A stretch of DNA of 64,000 nucleotides from Camelus ferus (lineage: Eukaryota): NCBI RefSeq assembly GCF_009834535.1, contig NC_045697.1:34536001-34600000 (forward strand), in the 5' to 3' direction. The notes under the pieces were generated by a model. It searched no databases. It was given only the letters and a program-made list of their open reading frames with translations, and had not been told where the DNA came from. Position 1 is the first letter of the stretch. Every line of letters starts with the position of its first letter. Below are positions 53,778-64,000 of the stretch, piece by piece. The translations under genes were made by a program, and so were the position numbers.

Positions 53778-55692
53778 CAATGTGTTATACTAGCTAAGGG
53801 TAAGAATGAAGGCTTTCCACAATGGTCAGAAGCCTTAATGTGTTATCCTTCCCACTTTCCTCATTGAATCAGAAAGTATTTTGAATTCTAAAAATTCACC
53901 ATAGAAATTAATAAATTCTATTACCTGAAGGTTTCCTTGCCTTTTATATTAGGGTACCTCACCCAAATATCTGTTTCACAATGGAATTTCTCAAGAAATG
54001 CATGTTCATGAGAAGTGCTTTTGGAAAGTCTAACTTAAGGGTCCATCTTCTATTAGATCGACTGTGGTTTCACCATCCATTACATGTATTGACTGTACTT
54101 TGAGTCATCACTTTGGCCATAAGCATTTACTTCGTTGTGCATAAATCTATGTTTGCATATGAATGTCCCACTTTCCCAATATTCTCTAAGCTTCTCAAGA
54201 GCAGAGAACTTTCTTTTTCTCTTTATATACCCTGGGACAAAGCAAATACAAACTTTTGATGGAAAATAATAAAGGTGAGTAAACATATAAAAAGGCAAAT
54301 AAATACTTAGAACCCAACACTTGAGATCCCCTGGACTGTAATTACACAGAGATTTTTGTCAGTCACAAAAAGTATTTGGAATTTAGGATAATTTTCTTCC
54401 TGCTTTTCTTACAAATCTATATCTTAGACCCAAAAGAACATATAAAAAGTACTAATATTTTATATTGACAATTTGCAGATAACATATTCCAATCTGCCCT
54501 TAATTAGTATTTTTGCTTCTCAGCACTGGTTGAGCATGGGCTGTGTGAGCAGCAGAACCATGTAGCTTGCTGTGGTGTGAAGGGGAGAAAGAAAAGAGGA
54601 AGAATAGAATGTTGACAGGCTTCCAGCCCTGCAGAAGTTAACAAGAGAACTTTGTAAGTAATAAAAATCCAACATGACAACTTTGTGTGTACACAGGCCA
54701 ACTCTGTAGAGTTGGGAGACTCACGAAAAGCTTTCAAAAGCAGGGAATATGGAACTGGATTTTGAAGAATGAGTAGGAGTTTGCTAGGCAGTAAGAGGAA
54801 ATGAGCATTCTTGGCAGAGGAAAGAGTATGTGAAGGAATTAAAGAATGAAGAAAAGAGCGAGTATTTCTCGTGGCTGGGATTAGGACACCTGGGTGCCTG
54901 CGGCTTCCCCTCAGCACTCACATCTGCGGAGCATTTACCATCAGGGCACTGACCCACTATTTTATCACGATCCAATGATCAGTGTCTTTCCCACCAGACT
55001 TAAAAGCAGGTACCAATGAGCTCTGATTTTTATGTTTTCAGAAACTTACATAATGCCAGGCTTATAAGAAGCATCCAAAAAAATTTTGCTTCATTTTTAT
55101 TATTTATTTTATTGTGTGAACACTACTCTCAAAAAATAAACATCTACACTCTGTCATCATTTTAATGATAGTAATTAAATAACTATTCCTATAACAAGTA
55201 CAACGTACATTTATATTCCCAGTTGCCTTTAGAATAATTTTATCAAGTTCCCAAGAAAACAATATGCTTTTAAAAAGAGGTTTCATGAAATTTATGGATT
55301 AATTTTGGGAGAATCAACATACTTAATATATTTTAAAAAATTTAATCACATGACAAGGGACATCTCATCATTTATTGATGGCTTTTAAAAAGCTACTTTG
55401 TTAGTCTTCATAATTTTCATTAAATAAGCGAGGCATATTTCTTATTAAATGTACTCTATGTATTTAAATTTTGTATCTGTAAATAAGATCTGTTTTTTGT
55501 TATTTTGTCTAACTAATTATTACTGGTTTATAGGAGAGCTATTAATTTATATATTTCTTATGTAGCCTATTCATCTTATTGAACTTTAGTTTTAATAGTT
55601 TTAAATTGATCCACTTGAGTTTTCTAGGTAGACAATTTTATACATATACCCACAAGTACTGATAATTTTATCTCTTCAAAATGTATATCTCA

Positions 55693-55838
55693 GGGGGAGG
55701 GTATAGCTCAATGGGAGAGCACATGCCTAGCATGCATGAGGTCCTGGGTTCAATCCCCAGTACCTCCTTAAAAAAAATCAAATAAATAAATAAACCTAAT
55801 TACCTCCCCCCAAAATGTAAAAAAACTTAAAAAAAAAC
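55693..55838 (+). mobile_element. tRNA-Ala-derived SINE
   Basis: Same consensus with A-rich tail. Confidence 0.88.
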
Positions 55839-56051
55839 TTACCTCATTTCTTTTTCTTATTTCATGTTGATGAGTAGAAGTTATCAATGTTAAATAGAAG
55901 ATATTATATCTTCTTGTTTCAGTCTCTAGAATTTCTCTTATTTTGCCCACTGATTTCAGATAAATTTCCTTTATTATGTTAAAGAAGTTTTCTTTTATTA
56001 CTAATTTCCTATTTTTCCAAGAATACATGTTAAAAAAAAAAACTCTCTAGC

Positions 56052-56140
56052 GGGGTGGGTAATAGCGGCAATGGTAGAGCACATGCTTAATATGCATGAG
56101 GTCCTGCATTCAATCTGCAGTACTTACATTAAAAAAAAAA
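56052..56140 (+). mobile_element. tRNA-Ala-derived SINE (diverged, short)
   Basis: Degenerate head plus poly(A). Confidence 0.75.
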
Positions 56141-57329
56141 GAATTTATGTTAAATTTCATGTCATCTCTCATCAGCTAAAGCTGCATGAATTATTAAAGT
56201 TAAGTTGATTCATACTTTGGAATATTTGTACATTTCAGAACCATTAGGTGTAATTATAAGCACTTGTCTTTTATTTACCATTACACACTGATACTTCACC
56301 ACCACCATGTCCATTCTCTTTTGTCTGCCTGCTTGATCTAACAATGACATGAGTGAGCAATATTTATGGAGGGAATGCTAAGTGAAAGAATGAATGTAGT
56401 AGAACAAATTGATTCAGGAATATGTAAATAGAAAAGGTCAAAATGTAAAAAGCCAACCATAAGACGTGTCTTTATCAGTAGGAACATTTTAAAAGCTTAG
56501 TTTAATAATGTCTAACTTTCTGATATAGAATGAAATCATGAATATTTAAAATCCCATAATCTTGGCACAACAAAATGATCAAGAGTAGTTTTTAAACTTA
56601 TAAAAATAAAACATGACAGTAATTGATGTTTTTAAAGTCTAATTAAAATATACATGCCTATCATGGAGAATTAAGAGAAGGCAAGGTGTGGTGTCAAAAG
56701 GCCAAAAAATTAATAAATAAAAATAAATAAAAGGCAAAGTGATTTAAATTCTGGCTCCATCACATAATAGTAATATGTTGCCTTGAGGGAGTCATAAAAT
56801 CTCTTTAGACCACTTACTTATTCATCTCTAAAAGGGCATATGCAAGTTGTTATAATAATGCTTATAAAGAACCTAACACTTAAGAAGTTCTTAATCCTCA
56901 TATTTTCAGGAGTTAATTTTTTGTTAAGATTTATATGGATTTGACAGTGTTCTGCCTTCAAATGTTTTAAAGAGAAAAAAAACCTAGTATATGCTACTTC
57001 CTTTGGGAAAAGACACATCTGCCAAAGGTACTGCTTTGACTTCTAAAAACGAACTTGAAATTTGCAAAAAGGTAGCATTTACTATGTTTTGATATTCAGG
57101 TTAGCAGAATCATTGCCATGCCTTATGTATTGCTATTTTTAACTAAAATGGTATTTTAGTAGGATATTCATGTGTCTGTCCAAAAAACCCAAGAAGTCAA
57201 TAAAAATACAATCATCAGCTGTAACTAGAAAGCATGTAACATGGAAAACAAAGCAAATCCTGATGCTTTTACAAAACAGAGGTATAAACACATGTGAAAA
57301 TGCAATTGTAATGACCACTGGGTTCTTAC

Positions 57330-57438
57330 CTTTGGTTGCTTAAGCAGTATACACGTGTCTTCTAGAAATGGAAGTCAGCAGTGTATCCAGAACAAAGAGG
57401 GATACAGTATAAATCTTGACATTGTCAAAAGCCAGGTC
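57330..57438 (-). other. CNGA1: CNGA1 5'UTR exon
   Basis: Strong aag|gtaaga donor and attag| acceptor; spliced junction ...AAGCAACCAAAG|ATATCAAACTAACCATG resembles the human CNGA1 5'UTR as I recall it. Confidence 0.8.
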
Positions 57439-59531
57439 CTAATTTTTTTACATAATAAATATGCTGATCTTTTTGCTTTCTTTAAACATGCACAAACAAC
57501 TAGTTTTCTTCATCATTCCCAAGGAAAGAAGCAGTTCTGTGGCACTGACAAGGGAGGATATTCATGAGTCAGTATTGGATTTGTGGATTTATATACAGAT
57601 GAAAATAACAGCAACCAAATCACCATTATCCTTCGCTCAAGCCCGAGCTTATTAACATGTGTGAGGGTGAGGGATAAAAGGGCATTTCTCAGAACTACAG
57701 CTCTCTTAACAAATTTGCAAGTAAACTTGACCAAAGGGAAAATTGCCTGATGAGTTTTATTAGGGTTATGTTATCAATACACCCAGGGTTACAATCTGGA
57801 AAGAACTCTAGGTTTCAACAAAGTGTGACTAAATTTTTAAATAGAGTGCCATCTTATTAAAAAAAATAACTGAAATATAAATTGGGTGCACTTATTTATT
57901 CATTTGTCTGTTTATTGTGTGTATTTTGTCGAAGAACTGCATGTTTGAAATATATCTGGTCAGAAATAAAACAGCTTGCCTGAGAGAATAATTCATACTT
58001 TTAATGTGCAAAAAACATGAAGATATGACACTTAATGTCTAAATGTTATTCTAATGACCTAAAAGTAAATTTTCCTCAGAATTTTTAACGCAATATTTGA
58101 CCGTTTACATACTCACAAAACTTTTTTTTCTGATTTATTGCTGAAAATCAGAATGTCATGAAATAAATACTGTCTCCATTTAGCAACTGCCTTAATTTTA
58201 ACCTTTCATCTCCAAAAATACAGCATTCTTTCTCCAGAACTTGCAGTATTTGTCCTACTGAATAATTAGCCACTGAATCACCCAGTAATGTTTATCGTCC
58301 CAGTTCAACGGCTTCAGTTTCCAGTGGGGCTAAGAGGTTCTCAAAAGAGGGATACCCCAAGATGTTTGGAAAATAAAATTAGCAGAGTACTGAGTACTTT
58401 TGGAAAATTGGCTTTTGGATTGTAGATTTTTTAAATAATATTTTATTTTTAATTATAAAATAAAACATGTTTCATAGAATTTGGATAATACAGAAAGGAA
58501 GAAAATAAAACAAATACATTCTTACCATTTTGGTTTTGGTTTATACATTCTGATTTATATACATATATATAAGTAATTCTGATTTCATTTATTATCATTT
58601 TATACTACTAAATATCTGTCCAAAACATCCTTTGTAAGACTGCATAATATTCTATCATATTCCATTATTCCATGACCCCATGATTTATTGATTGATTTTC
58701 ATATCATTGGACATTTTCTCTGGTCTAAAATATTTCGAGATAAACGTTCTTATTCTTAAATTGTTATGCACACATGTGATCATTTACTATTTTCTTAGAA
58801 ATGAAATTACTAAAGCATATTACCATTCTTATCACTTTAAATTTTTATTGCCAATATAATTTCCAGAAAATCTATGTTTACCTGTTTGACTTTATAAAGT
58901 TAAATAAATGACTATCATTGGTAATTTGTTGACATCTTTCCATTTTTCATTGATCAATCAATATTTTACCAAATTTACTATTTTGAGTTGCTTTTGTGCA
59001 ATCTTGTAGTTAAACACAACCCTTTAAGCTGCTAGTGTGTATTTTTGATAAATCAATTCATTGTAAACCTCCTCCAAACTAACCACTATGGCCACTTGTG
59101 TGTCACAAGTTAGCTTTATGCTAAAACGATACTGTGTCAGTCTCATGCTGTCTCCTCTTTAAGCAGAGTTACATAATCTACTTAGAAAACTAAGCCCCTT
59201 GCTTTGAGTGACATGGCTGGACCTTAAGCTCATCTCTATGAAATTACTTGTAAAAACATTGCAAAAAGCGCAAAATGGTAATAAGTGTTAAAATGACAGG
59301 TATAAAAGAAAATAAGTAATGAACAGACATACAAAGAGAAATTCTCAAGGTGGGAAGGAATTTAACTTTTCTCAACACTAAATACATGGCTTAAATCCCA
59401 AAACTGGGATACAGAATCTACTTCATTTTATAGAGGAGGACATGAAGGCTGGGAGATGAGGTAATTTGCAGAGGGTCACAATGGCTAGTAGCGTGTCAGT
59501 TAGCTGGGATTCACACAGATTCAACCACATA

Positions 59532-59880
59532 CGGTTGCTAGATTTAGCAAATAAAAATACAGTATGAGTGTGTCCCAACTATTGCATTAAACAAACTTAT
59601 ACTAAAAATTTATTTGAAAATAAACAAGTTCATACTATATAGCACAGGGAACTATATTCAATATCTTGCAGTAACCTATAGTGAAAAAGAATATGAAAAT
59701 GAATATATTTATTTTCATGTATGATTGAAGCATTGTGCCGTACACTGGAAATTAATGCAACATTGTAGACTGACTGTACTTCAATAAAAAATATATACAA
59801 AAAAAGAGAAAAAAAAGTCTTTTGTTACTTATCTGAAATTCAAATCTAACTGGGTGTTCTGGATTTTATCTGGCAACTCC
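59532..59880. mobile_element. MER53-like palindromic hAT MITE split by an L1 3' tail (about 59617-59815)
   Basis: Terminal inverted repeats ggttgctagatttagcaaataaaaatacag ... tggattttatctggcaact. Confidence 0.75.
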
Positions 59881-61369
59881 ACACCAAGACCTATCTAACC
59901 CCAGAGCACCACACTGCCTTAGTTATCTGGAAAGTAAGAACATGAAAAATCATGTCAATTCACCCATTTCAGCATTGTGTCTCTAACAGCAACAGCAAAG
60001 AGCTCCGTATATTAGAAAAAAACTCTTGTTTTTCACCAACTGTGATTCAGTTTCTCATCGATAAGTTGGACATAACCTGCAAGCCCCTTAGCACATCACC
60101 TACACAGAAGTGCTCAAAAACAGTTTTTATTATTACTTTTTGTATGATGATTATATCCTTCACATCTAAGAAATTTTCTCCTTGAAATATTCTAAATGTT
60201 TCTTAACCGCCCAACTGGGATCTATTATTCCTTAAAATACTCAGACCCTTTGTGGACCTCTTTAACATTCTCAGTTAAATATTACTTCTTGGGAGTGAGG
60301 GTTTTCAGAAAATTATATACTTGTTGTCTGATATAAAAGATCCTTTTGTTCTTAAATCCAGTGTTTACTCTATCTATGTCTCTCTTATACCAAATATGGC
60401 CACCGACTTTTTGGTGGGGGCGGTTTCTGTGGCATCACGCTAGGTTTAAATGGAGAGGTTGTGGAGTCACGGGCCTGAGTGTGAACCTCAGCTCCACTGT
60501 TCTCTAGCTCTGGAATTTGGAGCATGGGTAATGAGCCTTCTAGGCCTCAGATTCAGTTCCCACGGCATAGACATGATATGTAGCAGACTTGTTCTGAGGT
60601 TTAAAATGAGATGTAGTAATATGAAGAATTTATTACACTTCCTAAAGCATAGTAATCACTTGATAAGTGACTATTATTGTAATTTTTTAAAGACCAATGG
60701 CAGAGTTAAGCTTTTATTTTTACAATAAATTAGCTTACTGTCATGAATTTGCCTGCTTTCTTTAAAAAGTTGAAAATACATTTTCTGGTTAGGAAATAGA
60801 CTAGGTTAGTTAGAGCAATCTTTTCCTAGTCCTACCTCACACACAAAAGATATAACTAAAACAAATATACCAAAAAATTAAACAAAATGACAAGATTGGG
60901 AACTTGCTCCCACATATAGCTGTGGAATATTCATTTTCTCATGGATTGCTCATTGACACTTTCTTAAATAAGTCAATGAATTAAAAAAAAATAGTTGAAG
61001 CAATAATTTTAATAAAACTTTCTTCCTCCTGCTGACTCAATTCCTGGCTGACATCATAAAATTTCATAGAATTTGTCGTAACATTGCTCTTCCCCCATGA
61101 CTCATACACAAACGCTCAGGAAATTCTTCACCTCTTTGGAATGACTCACTTGTTTCATCTCAAGTGCACCTTCCCCTACTTGCTCTCACACTTCCTCCAT
61201 GCACCTTCCCACTTCAAAACTATAATTAAGGGTGAATTGAATTTCGTTTTTTTAACTAATCCTTTTTTTTTTTTTTTGTCTTTTCATCCCCTAAGTTTTA
61301 GTTTCCTCATTTTTTAAATTGAAGTATAACTGGTTTATAATATTGCTTTTACTATTTTTAAACACTCTT

Positions 61370-61478
61370 TTTTGGGGGTGGGTTGTAATTAGGGCTGTTT
61401 TGGTTTTTTTTAGTGGAGATACTGGGTCTTAAACTCAGGACCTTACGCGTGCTAAGCACGCGCTCCACCACTGAGCTG
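61370..61478 (-). mobile_element. tRNA-Ala-derived SINE
   Basis: Reverse complement of the consensus. Confidence 0.75.
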
Positions 61479-62599
61479 AATATTTTTGATTCTTGGGATA
61501 TGCTTATTGGTTGTGTAGTCTTGAGAAAATGATTTAAGCTTTCTGAGCCTCAATTTGCTCATCTGTAAAATGGAAATATAATACCTACCTCGTTAGGTTT
61601 TTGTGAGGATAAATGGAGCAAGATTGGAGCCTATGACACAATGCTGGTAAATGAAAGGACCCTTAATAACATGCTCCCTCTCCCTCTCCTATAAACTGGA
61701 GCTTTGCGCTGCAGCTGGACTTCTGAGAGCCAGGTACATGTGGCTATTTAATAACTAGTCGGCAAAGATACAGAGCCATTATTTATACCTTGTTTCTAAA
61801 TACCTTATTATATGATTCAAGCAGAGTGTGACTAAATGAAACAATTCATTTCAGCTTTTTTTAAATGAAAATCTGTGTTTTAATATGTGTAGAGCACTTA
61901 ACAATGTGAAACAATAATCCTTCGTAAAGGCATAGAATTCATTCCAGTATTTGTTCATTCATTCAGCACATAATTCCTGAGCACTGCACTGGGCTGAGCA
62001 CTGCTGTAAGGTCTGGGAGCACACGCAAGCCCTTTCCTTAGAGTTTATACACAGGAGGGAGACGGGCAAAGAAGAGATGCTTACGATACAGTGTGATCAA
62101 GAGCTGAGGAAGCACATAAAGGAGCCCTGAGATTTCGGGAGGAAAAGAGCTGGACTGGAAGACTTCGGGGGGGAAATTATCTCTTTGCTGAAATTGAAGG
62201 TAAGTAGGGATGTTATTTTCATAGATATGACACACATGCTAGGATATTTTTCTGATTTACCCAAAATTATGTTTAATTTTGTTTTGTTTTATTTTGTTTT
62301 CCCTCCAAAGTACAGTTCGCTTGACCCAGTCTATCTATCAATGGATTTCTTTTCTTGGGACCTGCAGTAACCTTGACTGGTGGAAAGAACACAGCCACAT
62401 TGGATTATCTGTTTAGTAGGCTACTTTTAGTCTGGTTCCCAGTCTTGCTTTGTCAGCTCCCTTTAAATCTTTGTAATCCTATTTAAACTGCCTCTAACTA
62501 CAGATGCGCATTTGCATGACATTGACTCTCGTATTTTAATTTCAAAAATTATGTGAGTCAAGGGATTTTGGCTCTTGGCCCAAAATTATTAAATATTGA

Positions 62600-62850
62600 A
62601 ACCGTAGGATTCTACTTGTATGAGGTTCCTAGAGGAGTCAAATCCATAGAGACAGAAAGTAGAATGGTGGTTGCCAGGGGTTGTGGGAGAGGGAGTGAGG
62701 AGTTAGTGTTTAGTTGGGATTTTAGTTGGAGAAAATGAAACAGTTCTGGAGATGGCTGGTGGTGTTGAGTGTACAATGATGTGAATATACTTATGTTGCT
62801 GATCTGTGTGCATTAAAATGACTGTTGTAAAAATAAAATAAAATAAATAT
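62600..62850 (+). mobile_element. Old L1M 3'UTR fragment
   Basis: agtcaaatccatagagacagaaagtagaatggtggttgccagggg signature. Confidence 0.8.
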
Positions 62851-63059
62851 TTGATCGTCTGTCTTCCAACACACCAAGACCTTCAGCCAGAGTGGTCAGT
62901 GATGTCTCCTCAGCACTGATAACCATGATAATTAAACCTCATGTAATTCATTGTTTACTGTCTGTCTCCCCAGTGAGAGCTGTGAACTCCACGAGGCAGG
63001 GGCTGTGTCTATGTTGTCCATCATTGTATCTCCAGTGTCTGGCTCAAAGCCATACATAG

Positions 63060-64000
63060 TCATTCATTCAACACTTATTTACTCAGCACCAGGCTTTCTT
63101 CTAAGCACTGAGAAGTCAATAGTAGTTCATTTGTGTCCCTTTTTTTTTTAGATCCCACAGATAAGCGATATCATATGGCATCTCTCTTTCTCTTTCTGGC
63201 TTAACTTCATTTAGAGTGATGATCCCTAGGTCCATCCATGTTGCTGCAAATGGCATTATTTCATTCTGTTTTATGGCTGAGTAGTACTCCATTGTATATA
63301 TATACACCACATCTTCTTTATCCAGTCATCTGTTGAATGAATTACTTATTATTTATAACTTAGATGATTGATTTCTTGAATATGTGTAAGCATATTTGAC
63401 TGTCCTTTATGATTGGATTACTGCATTCTGTTGATTCTTAGTTTGTGGTTGGTTTTATTCCTTTGATAACTATGTAAGTTTAAAAAGCTAAAGCTCTAAA
63501 CTGTTAGAAACAATGAACAGTACATACATGTAAACTTTTAAAAATGTGCAGTATATTGTATGTATGTATTTACATGCAATATATTGTATATACGCATTCA
63601 AACTATATCAATTTTACCTAATAAAACTGAAAAATGAAAAAAAATAAATATTCACGTTAAAAAAAAAAAGAAGTCAATAGTAAATGAAACTAAGTTCCTG
63701 CCCTTGTGGAGTATATATTCTAATGGGGTAGGAAAGACAATAAACAAAGCAGTAAACACAGAAGTCAGACGGTGATTAGTAATACGATAAAGCAAGGGGA
63801 TAGAAAATGGTGTGGGGATGGGGGAGGATGTTTAGATGGAGTATTCAGGGAAAGCCTCATCCAGCAGAGACCTCAATACAGGGACAGAGCTAGCCACGCC
63901 CAGTTCTGGGGGAAGATCCTGCCTGGCAAGAGGACATGTGCCAAGCCAAGTGCTTAGCATATTTAAAGAACAGCAAGGAGGCCAGGTGGCTAAGTTGGAG
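63060..64000. mobile_element. L2 3'-end remnant interrupted by the 63111-63682 insertion
   Basis: cattcattcaacacttatttactcagcacc...ctaagcactg | ...gttcctgcccttgtggag...ttctaatggggta. Confidence 0.6.
63125..63335 (-). mobile_element. L1 ORF2-end fragment (inverted part of a composite insertion spanning 63111-63682)
   Basis: ORF 63116..63310 YIYTMEYYSAIKQNEIMPFAATWMDL; TSD AGAAGTCAATAGTA. Confidence 0.85.

Overview
Mammalian genomic DNA, most likely a camelid: there are at least eight copies of a tRNA-Ala(AGC)-headed SINE, and the CNGA1 protein looks artiodactyl. The window corresponds to the NFXL1-CNGA1 locus. On the minus strand lie the 5' end of NFXL1 (CpG-island promoter at about 10.6-11.65 kb and four coding exons, the gene running off the left edge) and the complete coding region of CNGA1, the rod cGMP-gated channel alpha subunit (8 coding exons, 36665 to 25024, plus a 5'UTR exon at 57330-57438). 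The rest is mostly L1, L2, MIR, ERVL/MaLR/ERV1 LTR and hAT remnants. The most notable observation is that one CNGA1 exon (28636-28744) is 109 nt, not a multiple of 3. With canonical splicing this shifts the frame and gives a TGA after 155 codons; it is either an assembly indel or a null allele, unless adjacent tandem AG acceptors rescue it. Three L1-mediated insertions of apparently non-L1 sequence are also visible, each with a target-site duplication (TSD): a 1.56-kb mRNA-3'UTR retrocopy just downstream of CNGA1 in the same orientation, a 156-bp mRNA 3'-end inside an L1, and an inverted L1 plus probable 3' transduction. I see no convincing evidence of a wholly new biological system. Gene and repeat-family names come from recall, not from database searches.
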